Below, in pieces: positions 1 to 13,244 of a DNA stretch of 64,000 nucleotides. Position numbers and translations under genes: made by a program. The notes beneath the pieces are model-generated. The model did not search any database and had not been told where the DNA came from. It saw only the letters and a program-made list of their open reading frames with translations. How positions within the stretch are numbered: the stretch's first letter is position 1; every line of letters begins with the position of its first letter. Source of the stretch: Eledone cirrhosa (Eukaryota); the NCBI GenBank assembly GCA_964016885.1, contig OZ024741.1:220534001-220598000 (forward strand), in the 5' to 3' direction.

Positions 1-773
1 ATTTCTCTATTTATCTTCCTATCTATGCTTTAAAATTTAGTCTAATACCCAGTCCTAACATCTTTACGGAACTTATCTATAACTGTGAATTTTTAATGCA
101 TTTTTGATCTCTTTTAAATTTTAGTTTAATACCCAATCCATACATCTTTACGGAACTTATATATAACTGAGAATTTTTAATGAGTTTTTTATCTCTTATT
201 TATAGTATAATATAATATAGTATATGTATATATTTTTTTTTATCTATTTACTGCACTTTAAAATATAAAATTTAAAACAGATTCAAACTTATATATAAAT
301 GTGAATTTTTGCTGCGTTTTTGATCTCTTATTTATAATATAATGTATTATAATATGTATGTGGTTATATATTATATTTTATATATTTTTAAATATTTTTA
401 AATATACCTACCACATTTCTATATATATAATTCAAATATAGAGAAAATATCCAAACTAAAAATTATTATAGATATTATTTTGAACTCTGAATTATCCATG
501 CACTTATTATTGTTTTTCTTATATATATATATGTATGTATTTAAATGTAACACGTTGAACTCTACTTTATAAAATTATAACCGTTATCATTTACCTAAAG
601 TATACTACACCACTAATACCTAATATATATCTATATATATATATATATATATATCCCTGTATCTTCCTATACACAATTTTTACTTAACTTCTAAATTTCT
701 TGATTACGTACATTCTGAACTAAGAATAATTAATGCATTTACACCCGTTATATATAGGTATATATTTAGCCGT

Positions 774-1366
774 AACATGCCTCAATTTATTTTTATTTTC
801 GTTATCATTTACCTAAAATATACTGGATCAATAATATATATCTATATACATAATTGTTATTTAAATATTTCTAACAATAAATACTTCAGAAGCTTTACAT
901 ACCTAATATGTTGTTATCTTTGTTAAAGAATAATTAATATATTACACCCAGTTATACAAAGGTGTATATTTAACCTTAACATGCCTCAATCTATTATTTT
1001 ATTTTATTTTGTCTTCGTCGTTATTATTTACCTAAAATATACTGGCTCATTAATATATATCTATATACATAATTGTTATTTAAATATTTATAACAATAAG
1101 TACTTCAAAAGCTTTACATACCTAATATGTTGGTATCTTTGTTAAAGAATAATTAATACATTACACCCAGTTATACATAGGTGTATATTTAACCTTAACA
1201 TGCCTCAATCTATTATTTTATTTTATTTTATCTTCGTCGTTATTATTTACCTAAAATATACTGGCTCATTAATATATATCTATATACATAATCGTTATTT
1301 AAATATTTATAACAATAAGTACTTCAAAAGCTTTACATACCTAATATGTTGGTATCTTTGTTAAAG
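774..1366. repeat. ~205-220 bp AT-rich tandem repeat, ~2.7 copies, probably in a PLE 3' region
   Basis: aacatgcctcaat recurs at ~774, ~978 and ~1197 with near-identical downstream sequence. Confidence 0.8.
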
Positions 1367-1896
1367 TTTAAATTTAGGTGAATAATCAACAGTATAATAT
1401 TTCATTATTTATGTGCCAGCTAAATCCTTTAAATGTTATCCGCATAAAACTCAGAAGCTTAGAAATGATAACACACTTATTGAATTTATAAAACTAATAT
1501 ATAAATAACCAGCAAATAATCCTGAAATCTGGAGTCTTCACCCTAAATTAAATATTTTCAAATTTAACCGTTTAACTTTCGGAAAAAATCTCCTTCTGCA
1601 TATATTACGCCCCCCCCCCCTTTATCTTTCCCTCTTTATAGATCCTTTTCCAGTGGCTATCACTGGCTGTTATGATTCATGAGATGTTTTCCTATATATA
1701 TCGTAATATCATACATATTAAAATCTCTAGAACAGTTACATTAAGCAAGGTTTTTCTTACTCACACATTCTCTAATGAATTTATTACATTTTCGCATTTT
1801 CACCTAATTAGGGTATATATGTTAAATCTTCTCTTACGTTAATCACTACCTTGATTAAATCTTAACCATTTAACATCTCAGGGTATGTCATGTATC

Positions 1897-1959
1897 ATTA
1901 CATTTTGTCTGATGAGCACCTACTGTTGTACATCCGAAATATGTATAATAAAATGTAAT
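1897..1959 (+). ncRNA. Type I minimal hammerhead ribozyme motif (PLE pLTR)
   Basis: attacattttgt-CTGATGA-(stem II, weak)-GAAA-tatgta-TA-ataaaatgtaat; 12-bp stem I with one G-U. Confidence 0.75.
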
Positions 1960-2232
1960 TGATCAAAAGAACATCTATTTATTAATATTTATATTTTAAT
2001 ATTAATAAATCTGGAAAATTATTTTTACCGTAGAGTGCTTCCAATCTACTGTAAAACTCATTCTTTGACATAATCATTGAATATTGTTAACACTTTAATA
2101 TATATATATATATTTATATACAAATATATATACATATATATATATAGAAGGATTTAAATGGATACAGTTCAGTTAAAAGGAATTTATTGACACGTGTTTC
2201 AATAACAGTTACATAACTGTGTGTATATATAT

Positions 2233-2333
<101 letters not shown>

Positions 2334-2505
2334 TATGTATACGTACATACATATATGTATACAGACGTACAGTAGTATGTATATATATACATACATGCAC
2401 ACATATATATATATGTACGTATGGATTTACCGAACACTTATTATAATGCTCGGTTTGTTTAACAAACATCCCGAATTAAGCCGTACAGTGTTTAGCAACC
2501 ATATA

Positions 2506-2582
<77 letters not shown>

Positions 2583-2588
<6 letters not shown>

Positions 2589-2946
2589 GTGACGTTTTTT
2601 TTACAAAATGAAAAATAACCGAGGTGTCCTACACGAGTGGAAGTATAAAGAAAAAGGGATGAAATCGAAAATGCAACTGAAGTCTTTTTTTTTTTTTAAA
2701 TATATATATTTATTTGGTTCCTTTACCGGTTTCGCAGTTCTTCTGCTTTTCAAAAGGTGAGTTGAGATGGAGGGTCTGTGGTTTTTCTCACATCTGATGT
2801 GAGAAAAACCACAGACCCTCCATCTCAACTCACCTTTTGAAAAGCAGAAGAACTGCGAAACCGGTAAAGGAACCAAATAAATATATATATTTTTTAAAAA
2901 AATAAGACTTCAGTTGCATTTTCGATTTCATCCCTTTTTCTTTATA
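2583..2946. mobile_element. Palindromic PLE pLTR mini-insertion in (TA)n with a degenerate hammerhead on each arm
   Basis: Inverted repeat centred at 2795 with ~150-bp arms; cctt-TTGAAAA-gcag aagaa ctgc-GAAA-ccgg-TA-aagg at ~2832-2870 (+) and its mirror ~2720-2758 (-); single-arm copy at 11170-11381. Confidence 0.8.
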
Positions 2947-3110
2947 TATATATATATATTTGTATGTACGTCAATACTCATCTTTTTCCATTTATCTGAG
3001 GGTTCTAAACCCCGTTATCAAGCTAAAATTCCTTTAGTTAAAAATACGGTGAAAGCTATATATTTTCTAATTTCAAACTCGCTCACTGTTTCAAAACATA
3101 CTTACTTGCC

Positions 3111-3242
<132 letters not shown>

Positions 3243-3246
3243 ATAT

Positions 3247-3344
<98 letters not shown>

Positions 3345-3385
3345 GTATATATATATTTGTATATATATATATATATATATATATT

Positions 3386-3437
<52 letters not shown>

Positions 3438-3438
<1 letters not shown>

Positions 3439-3900
3439 CGCCACATATGGCGATGCTAAGCCGAGTCCTCAAGGAGGTGAAAAACGGGGAGAAGGAGAGA
3501 GGAAAGGAAAAAGACAAGGAAAAGGAAGAAAGCACAAACACGGACCTGAAAGAAAGTGAGATACCCGCCGCCACACTCGGGGGGGGGGGGGGCAAACAAC
3601 AAGCAAACGGTAAAGGTGAGAAGCGAAATCACCTTCCGAAGGAGAATCATGCGGAGAGGGACCAGTGGACAACTGTCCACAGAAAGAACAAAAAGCACCG
3701 AGACACTGGCAGCAAGAAAACCCAGGTAATGTGCAAGTTCTATAGGAACGGGACCTGCTGGCATGGAGATACAGGGGTGGGCTGCAGATTCGCTCACCCC
3801 AGATCCCAACCGAACTATGCCCATGCCCATCACCATCCAACTCGCGCAACATGCCCCAGACAAAGCCAAAACAAGCCGTTCCAGAAGTATGCTGAAGTCG
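3438..3900 (+). pseudogene. ORF fragment with CCCH-type zinc finger, probably ORF1 of a non-LTR retrotransposon
   Basis: CKFYRNGTCWHGDTGVGCRFAHP after a basic/charged region; begins abruptly at a (TA)n tract. Confidence 0.55.
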
Positions 3901-3904
3901 CGCG

Positions 3905-4215
3905 TGCCGCGCCAACAAGGTCCATTAATTCCGCCGAGTCCGATGACCCCATAGTAATATCGAAATTGTTATCCCTATCGGCTCTAGTCCAAAGATGGTT
4001 GTTAAATTTAATTAAGGTTTTACGTGCATTAAATTTAATTAAGGTTTTATTCATCGCTGAATAAATCAGTATATTTAGATGCGTATTCAGTAAATTAGGA
4101 GTAATAGATAAGTAATTATTTGCAATATCCAATTGAATGAATTTATTGTTATGCTTATATTTTATATCCTTAAACCAGTCTATAACTTCATTAGTCCCAT
4201 TCCATAACTTTAAGT
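3905..4215 (-). pseudogene. PLE reverse transcriptase fragment
   Basis: LWNGTNEVIDWF...FIQLDIANNYLSITP...FDITMGSSDSAELMDLVG; homologous to the 13646-14335 RT. Confidence 0.85.
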
Positions 4216-4262
4216 AAGATATTTCTTTATTCGGGTATGTCAATATATATAAAACAAATTTG

Positions 4263-4328
4263 TATTTTATCTGATGAAAGCACACCAAAATTTGCCTTGG
4301 TTGCCCTTGAAATATATATAATAAAATA
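4263..4328 (+). ncRNA. Type I minimal hammerhead ribozyme motif
   Basis: tattttat-CTGATGA-aag...ctt-GAAA-tatata-TA-ataaaata. Confidence 0.8.
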
Positions 4329-4383
4329 ATTATAGTTTTATAAATATAGTTTCCATTTATTAATATATTGAATATTTACTCCA

Positions 4384-4444
<61 letters not shown>

Positions 4445-4545
4445 TAATGTATATATATATATACAAATATATATATATTTTTATATATATATACAAATAT
4501 ATATATATTTATATATATATATATATATACAAATATATATATATT

Positions 4546-4603
<58 letters not shown>

Positions 4604-4606
4604 AAT

Positions 4607-4674
<68 letters not shown>

Positions 4675-4722
4675 ATATATATATATATATATATACAAAT
4701 ATATATATATATACAAATATAA

Positions 4723-4824
<102 letters not shown>

Positions 4825-5969
4825 AAATATACATATATATACATATATATATATATAGTATTAAGCACGGAATTGGTTGTGGCTATTATTGTTCTGTGTA
4901 TGGAGTGCCATCATTAGATAAATGGAAGATTAATTAATTTATTAACATAAAAGAGCTATATAACCTATATGCTGAGTGCAATGAATTATGTACAAGTGAT
5001 ATATGAGTTATACATACATGTATGACTTGATGGTCAGATTAGTGTCATTGTAAGTGAGAATTGGTCTCTGGACTACCCTAGTGATATTTAACTTTGCCAT
5101 GCAATCAGACATGTACTGACCCAGAGCTTACCAGGAGATATATATAGAAGTGATTCTAATAAAACCCTGCCAGGTTCTGCGGATAGATTATACTTACAAA
5201 GATCACTGATTTGGGGATCTGACTATTCATGTAGAATATTCAGTTGTGGCACTCTATGATAGAAGGTAATCATCCTAATATGAACACCTTTAGTACTTCT
5301 TGATAGACTACACTGTAATTTATAGATAAGATACTTAAATTTAGAAACTGTTTATAACCTCATATGATAGGGACTCATTTGAGACACCATTTAATGTACA
5401 TTAGGATAATAAATTTAGTTATAGAAATCAGCTAGTCACCTCCCCTTACGCATTAACTCCCCTTAATCACACACACACTTCCGGAAAATAATACGATGTC
5501 AATTTTCGCAACAAAAACAACCTGCTCTATAGAATTGATTTAGAGAACAACAAGCGATAGTGTTATAACATGGTTCTTCAAGCAGCCATTGTTGAATCAT
5601 CGTGGATTGTGTAAGGGACATATAATCTATAAATTGCGTTTCCTGGATTGTGAAAATGGTGGTGTATGCGAGGACCGTGGCGTTGTTTTGCTTCTCACTT
5701 TTAATACTTTTAATATTTTTGATATCTCTCTACACACAGGCTTCTATATCATATATATATAAAAAAAATACTTTGCCAATACAACCCCCATAATACTCTT
5801 GATTGCCTGCTTAAACTGCTTGTATTACACCCTGCCGCACTATAATCTTATATAAATAAGACACAAGTGCATGCCCCACGTGTAACTATTGCATACACTA
5901 ACTACTTCAAACTATCCTCTTGCTTTATCTTCGTAAACTGCCAATGTTGTATTTTAACTTTAATTTTGA

Positions 5970-6390
5970 CAACAGATGCAGAGATCGTAATGTGATCTAC
6001 CAGTGCAACGTGAGGACGGACACCTCCAACAAAGCTTATATAGGATTAACCGCATGTGACTTCAAGACCCGGCTATACCAACACAGACATACTTTCCGAA
6101 ACCCGGCCCGGCGTCACGCCACCACACATTCAGGCCACATCTGGGACCTCAAGGATAATAATATTACCTATGATCTCACTTGGAGCTTACTGTCCAGAGC
6201 CAACTCTTACACGGGAGGACGCCGTCCGTGCAATTTATTCTCGGAGGAAACTTTACAAATGCTGTTTTCGAAGGACCAACTCCTAAACAAGAAAGACGAA
6301 CTGGTAACTGCATGCAAACACAGATTGCGTAGGACTTACCTCGCCCTCAAACCCCATAATGACCTGGGGAGGGGTAGACAAGGGCTGTAA
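5970..6390 (+). pseudogene. PLE GIY-YIG endonuclease fragment (3' end of ORF)
   Basis: CRDRNVIYQC...YIGLTACDFKTRLYQH...CNL..EE...LLNKKDELVTACKH. Confidence 0.9.
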
Positions 6391-7443
6391 CACCCCACTT
6401 GCCGACTTTGTAATGGCTAACCCCTGCTTGCAAAGGTAGACGTAAGATTTTCTCTTATATCTTTTTATCGTTTCTTCTATATTTTCTTCTTCCCCCCATT
6501 CCTTCTTAGTCCTTCCACCCCAGTTCTCCCTCTTTGTCGTCGTCCTTTTCACTTTCCCGCCCACCCTGAGGCAGCCCTTCGGTCCTTTGTAGCCTCAGTA
6601 CCCCCACCCCCATCACCTATACTATGATAGAATTGGCCGACTCCGCTTTTTATAGCAGATGTGATAGACCCCAGCTACTTGCTTTCTTACCCGATAGCTG
6701 CCCTATTTCCGAGCTTTCTACTTTTCTTAGTGGTTTCTCTGTTTTAGATTCTCATATATCAGTATTTATTTTTTTTTCGGTGGGGTGTTGATTCTGAATT
6801 ATTTGTCCGTATCAAATTTTTCATATATATCGTACGAGCATCTATGTAGTTTGTATTAGAATTTTTGTATAGTAGCGGCACCCTTATATATAGTATTTGT
6901 ATTCTTTTTCGGGATTCTGAATTATTATCTCGTATTAGTTTCGGGACTCTGAATTATTATTTCGTAGTAGTTTCTTTAGTATTTTGGCCCGCTACTTGTT
7001 GACTCGTCACTGTAAGATAGATTCGGCTGATTACTACTAACTCATAAAATTCTCTCACTCCAATTCCAACACACCTAGTAAACCTCTCTATAGTTTAGCA
7101 GTACCAGTGAGAGACTTGATGATGGTGGTAAGGGAATAGTAACCAGAAATTGTTTTTTATATTTTTAACATTCTTATTATTCTTCTATATATTTACTCCA
7201 TATTGATTTACTTACTGTTTCTACTTCCTCCTCCTCCCCCTCCTTCACCTCCTGCCCTTAGGATCCTGCTGTGGTTGGCACTATCAATGCACGGCGGGGT
7301 TTCCTCCCCTCCCTCTCCCTCTTTCTTCTACTGGCAGGTTCAGCTACCCCTTCCTTCCACAAATTGCCATGATAGAATTATGTGTCTCAACAACAAACCT
7401 TTGACCAATCCTTGTGACAATCACTTTTACCATATATGGAATT

Positions 7444-7539
7444 ACCTCCTGAGAAGCTCGGCTATTCATGTACCAGGATAAAAATTTTCATTTAGTCCAG
7501 AATTAGCCGTCGAAACGGCTTGAGCTCAGCCGTCGGGGT
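7444..7539 (+). ncRNA. Degenerate hammerhead motif with full stem III, downstream of the 5970-6390 GIY-YIG
   Basis: acctc-CTGAGAA(variant core)-cggcta...tagccg-GAAAC-ggct tgagctc agcc-GTC-ggggt. Confidence 0.6.
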
Positions 7540-7752
7540 CCAACTCATTCCTATTACCCACTCTACTACCCTAAGTATTGAGTACTCTGGTGCGTTATTA
7601 CTCTAGGGACCTACCTTGTCGAGTGTTTTGCAAACTCATTCATATCGTAGGTCGAATTTGCTTGCACACCGCCAGAGATTCGATTTTACTAAGCCTCCAA
7701 TTATATATATACAAATATATATATATACAAATATATATATATATATATATAT

Positions 7753-7791
<39 letters not shown>

Positions 7792-7835
7792 AATATATAT
7801 ATATATACAAGTGTATATAAACAAATATATATATA

Positions 7836-7930
<95 letters not shown>

Positions 7931-7998
7931 AATATATATATACAAATATATATTTATATATATAAATATATATATACAAATATATATATACAAATATA

Positions 7999-8075
<77 letters not shown>

Positions 8076-8259
8076 AATATATATATATACAAATATATAT
8101 ATATACAAATATATATATATATACAAATATATATATATACACACAAATATATATATATATATACATTTTGAGTATATGTTGGTTGTATACCAACACCTCA
8201 GTATTCAGGCTGGAGCACTCGACGAAGTGCGCAGGTTGGTTTGGTTACTCTGGAGTAAT

Positions 8260-8632
8260 ACACCTAGTATACGGTTGTAGGGTTAAAACCCCCAACTCCG
8301 AACACCTCTACGTAGGAGCCACATCAACGAGCTTTAAAGACCGCTGGTACAACCATCGCCATTCATTCAATAAGGAGGCCAAAAGGAAAAGTACGGCTCT
8401 CTCCGACCTGATCTGGAAGCTTAAGCTGGACAGGACCCCATACTCTCTGGCCTGGTACATAATCAGGAAAGTACCACCCGATAAAGGGGGATCTTGCATA
8501 TGCAAACTATGCCTGAACGAGACCCTCGAGATACTAAGAGGTGGAAGCGGCCTGATAAACCTCAGAACCGACTTCTTCGGGACATGCAGACACCTTAGAG
8601 CCGGGACCTTTCTCAAGATATATGGACAGTAG
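8260..8632 (+). pseudogene. PLE GIY-YIG endonuclease fragment
   Basis: LVYGC...[16 protein letters not shown]...[12 protein letters not shown]...LINLR..FFGTCRH. Confidence 0.9.
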
Positions 8633-9847
8633 CAACTCAAGAAGATGTGAACTCCCCTCAAGCTATAGGGACTTCTACAGAACATGGAAACACCTCTCGG
8701 CCAGACCTCCCTCAAGCTATATGGGCAGTAACAACACCCTAGGTTGTGAACTCCCCTCAAGCCATAGGGAACAACCCAGGCTGAGCAGACACCATGATAG
8801 CCTAGAGATTGAATCGGACACAGCCATTATAATTTGGTCAACATCTATATAACACAAACACTTTTTAATTTACTTGATTTCTGATTTTCAAGTTCCAATT
8901 TTAAATCTTGATTTCTCTTTATTAATTTGTTATTTGTTTTCTGCCCTCTTCACTGTATCACCTTATATTTATTTTTAAGTTGAGATTGATTATAACATAA
9001 ACACATTTTGTTTGATTATCTTATTTTAAAATATTGTCCTCATACCAATCTATCCAACATATTTCTGACCTTGAGATTGGTTATAGCACGCACACTCTTT
9101 ATCCTACATTATTTTTCACTTCTTCATATTCATTTTCATTACTTTTTCACCAATTTTTCATTTATTCTTTATTCTTTATTCTTTATTCTCTATTTTTTTA
9201 TTTTCAAATTATACAAATTATATTAATTATTTTATTATATTATTTATTTTCTGTTTTCTTCATTTATTGCCTTATATTTCTTCATATACATGGAAGAACC
9301 CCCCCCCCCCACACACACACACCACCACTATGAGAGATGGTGGCAGGAGGGATGAAGAAAAAACACACGCTGGATACTTCTAAATTGTTAGCAGCAGCAA
9401 GACATAAGCTGACCACAACACCAACAACACTACCAAAATAATGGTAGAGGTCAAATGTACTTAACAATAGCAAACACAAATACTACTGGGAGCCTCACCC
9501 CAGAAAGAATTCTATAGACTTCTGACTGAGGAATGCTCTCAGAACTGACCAATGGGAATTTGACACTGTTTTTGTTATTTTGTTCCTTTAACACCTTGTC
9601 CCTTCTACCATTTTATCAATTTTTTAAGCTAACTCCAACAATAATAACACTTAGAATGAGGAATGTTCTAATAACTGACCAATGAGAGGAGAAGAGGCCC
9701 TTTGACACTGAAATTCTTTTGTTTGAATTCATATGATTCCAGTTCCTCAGTGAAATAACAACCCAACCAGGAACTGGGCATATCAGAGTATTGACAATAT
9801 TATACACCTCAACAACATATGTACTTGTCTATACCATACTAATTCAA

Positions 9848-9902
9848 ACTGCCTGAAGAGGTCACAGCCAAAGATGGCTGTCACTGAAATATATATAGCA
9901 GT
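9848..9902 (+). ncRNA. Type I minimal hammerhead ribozyme motif
   Basis: actgc-CTGAAGA-g gtc acagcc aaagat ggctgt cact-GAAA-tatata-TA-gcagt. Confidence 0.85.
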
Positions 9903-9947
9903 AATAAACGAAGCTAAATTTCAAACATTTGACTTTTTATTTAACTT

Positions 9948-10042
<95 letters not shown>

Positions 10043-10057
10043 AATACATATATATAT

Positions 10058-10094
<37 letters not shown>

Positions 10095-10376
10095 AATATA
10101 TATATACAAATATATATATACAAATATATATATATATACAAATATATATATATATATATATATACAAATATATATATATACAAATATATACATACAAATA
10201 TATATATATACAAATATATATATATATATACAAATATATATATATATATATACAAATATTGTTATACTTGGGGAGGGTCATATTTGTGTAACATTGCCAG
10301 AATTAATAACAGAACACACTCATATACAAATATATATATATATACAAATATATATATATACAAATATATATATATT

Positions 10377-10418
<42 letters not shown>

Positions 10419-10425
<7 letters not shown>

Positions 10426-11113
10426 AGATAAGCAGAACAAGTAAAATTCAACCAATTTTTCAAAATAAATCAAAATTAATTTAAAATTAAAATTAATCAA
10501 AATTAAAAAATATAATATAAATATTTACCTATTCAAATGGCCCTTACTGTACAGTTTCATTTTGCAAAACATTAGATATCACATGGATATTAATGGAAAA
10601 ACAAAGATCATCAGAGAAGCATTTTCCTTTCCTAGGGTTAAAAACCTCAGGAACGATAAAATATATGACCTCGTCCCCAGCTAACATGGGTCTGAAAGGT
10701 CGTAAAAGTGACCCGTATATACGCCGGTGTGAAGTGAAGGCGGGAAATCACAGATTTGTTGTCTATAGTCGCCACTAAAAATCGTTCCTGAGGTTTTTAA
10801 CCCTAGGAAAGGAAAATGCTTCTCTGATGATCTTTGTTTTTCCATTAATATCCATGTGATATCTAACGTTTTGCAAACTGTACAGTAAGGGCCATTTGAA
10901 TAGGTAAATATTTATATTATATTTTTTAATTTTGATTAATTTTAATTTTAAATTAATTTTGATTTATTTTGAATAATTGGTTGAATTTTACTTGTTCTGC
11001 TTATCTTGATATTAAGTTCTGGTATATCAAATTATTACCATAGAACCACCTTGAATCATAGACAACCTATGTATTTCAGGGAGTACCTTGTACCCTTAGA
11101 CATATTAACTTTA

Positions 11114-11118
<5 letters not shown>
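10419..11118. mobile_element. Inverted-repeat PLE pLTR insertion with a hammerhead motif
   Basis: Arms ~10419-10657 and ~10781-11012 around a ~120-bp spacer; minus arm reads ttct-CTGATGA...GAAA-ctgtacag-TA-aggg (~10541-10618); plus arm has a small deletion removing the GAAA. Confidence 0.8.
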
Positions 11119-11169
<51 letters not shown>

Positions 11170-11176
<7 letters not shown>

Positions 11177-11381
11177 GTGAGGTTTTTTTTACAAAATGAA
11201 AAATAACCGAGGTGTCCTACACGAGTGAAAGTATAAAGAAAAGAAGATGAAATCGAAAATGCAACTGGAGTCTTATTTAAAAATATATATATATATTTCT
11301 TTGGTTCCTTTACTGGTTTCGCAGTTCTTCTGCTTTTCAAAAGTAGAGGTGAGATGGAGGGTCTGTGGTTTTTCTCACATC
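11170..11381 (-). mobile_element. Solo pLTR fragment of the 2583-2946 family
   Basis: Near-identical to 2582-2794 and ends at the same ctcacatct position. Confidence 0.8.
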
Positions 11382-11544
11382 TCATATATATATATACAAA
11401 TATATATATATATACAAATATATATATATACAAAAATATATATATATATAAATATATATAGATACAAATACATATATATACAAATATATATATATACAAA
11501 TATTAATTCCAAATATTAACAAAATATATATTCTTGTGATCAAT

Positions 11545-11614
11545 TATATTTTATTATACATATTTCAGAGGTACTGAATTAAGTTCAACAGTACGTCCTC
11601 GTCAGATAAAATAA
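11545..11614 (-). ncRNA. Type I minimal hammerhead ribozyme motif
   Basis: Reverse complement: ttattttat-CTGACGA-ggacgtactg...cagtacctct-GAAA-tatgta-TA-ataaaat; homologue of 1897-1959, with flanking homology to ~11830. Confidence 0.75.
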
Positions 11615-11979
11615 AATGATACATGACACACCCCGACTTGGCAGATGGTTAAGATTTCATCAAGGTAGTGATTCACTTATGAGAAAACTCAATATTTATA
11701 CCCTAATATTGAGAACATGACGAAACGTAATACAATCAATAGAGAGAGTGGGAGTAATATATTTAAAGAAATACATGGCATCAATATAACAGTTAGCGAT
11801 TTTTAATATTTAAAAAACTACTAGAGAAATATGCGGGAGAGGAAAGCATAGAGGAAGAAGTAACTGATGTTATAACTTATTTATTATTTAGCTTGAGAAG
11901 ACAGATGAAAGATGAATAAATAGAGAGAGAGACAAAGGGGAGTAATTCATGCTCAGGTTTCTACATACACATATTCATA

Positions 11980-12540
11980 TAAAGTTGGCGAAATTAGGAA
12001 TCGAAGGAAGAACAGAGCCCCTTATATCTAGACAGCCGCGGATCAATTTTAAAGATCACAAAAGAAACTTCGAGGAAGACCTGCCAGTTAGACTGATTGC
12101 TCCCTCCAATTCGAATATTGGAGTAATCAGTAAAAATATTATTGATAGAATTCTACCTACTTTGAAATTGAGATCTAAATTGAGCTTGTGGAAGGATACA
12201 AATGAAGTCATTGAATGGTATAAGAATATAGATAAGAAAAACCGTAAATTCATCCAGATGGACATAACAAGCTATTACTCTTCCATAACGCCCACCCTAC
12301 TAAATAATGCTCTATCATACGCTTACAAGAATACTCATCTAACTCCGGATGAAATTAATATCATATTAACTGCGAGAAGAACTCTTATTAACTTCGACAA
12401 TGAGTATTGGATCCGCTCAGATAGAAATAGAAACTTCGACATTACCATGGGGGTCATCTGATTCAGCGCAAATTACAGATCTTCTGGGGATTTTCATCTT
12501 AAATATGATAAATAGAAAACTGCCGGAGATTACCGGTGGT
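11980..12540 (+). pseudogene. PLE reverse transcriptase fragment (frameshifted)
   Basis: PRINFKDHK...VRLIAPS...FIQMDITSYYSSITP...FDITMG / SSDSAQITDLLG. Confidence 0.9.
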
Positions 12541-13244
12541 TTAATATATACCTCACTCTTATATTTTACAAATTATTATAATTAATTTAAACATTTTTTT
12601 TTTAAATTAGTTAACCTATAATTAGATATTTACTACAATGAATTTCATAATTTTATTTTCCTCTTGCAGCTCACTTTACCTAAAGTTATCTTTAACCTCA
12701 CTACTTCTTTTAACCGCATCCCTTGTCTATCAGATTTAATACCTAGGATTAGGAAATATAATTAATATCTTTAATATTATGGATGTTTAGATAGATACAC
12801 TACTTTTTATAACATTTTATCTATTTCAGTCTTTCTATATATATATATTTTTTTTTTTACTTATTTTTTTTTACTTCTTTATTTATCACATTCATAAGAA
12901 TTAATATAATTTTAACTCTGTAAGTATACCTATCAATTAATTTAATTTCCTTTTATGTATCTAGGTTCCTTGAAATTTAAACAGGAATAGTATTTCTCAC
13001 TAATACTCTCATCCCACAAAAAATTATTTTCCCTTGGCTTTTAACAACATTCTTTAATAACATAAACATTTTGGGGGAATCCTTTACTATCTCATTGACT
13101 TGACCTCATTTTAACCCCTACCTTTCTCTTCCTCCATTGTATTCTTTTCATTCAAAGCATACATTTACTTTCCTCCACTCCTAGCATAAAATTCTACTAC
13201 TGTTATTCTATTAACTTGATCTCTAAATCTTTTCAAGTGTACTC

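Larger units (their letters stand above)
8165..9952 (+). mobile_element. 5'-truncated PLE: inverted tail + GIY-YIG + long 3'UTR + pLTR hammerhead
   Basis: Bounded by (TA)n on both sides; 8825-9945 is homologous in inverted orientation to 16950-18180. Confidence 0.8.

Noticed and set aside
7111-7158. Possible hammerhead gagac-TTGATGA-tgg...cca-GAAA
   Set aside because: Core mutated and no stem III or cleavage triplet recognisable; not counted
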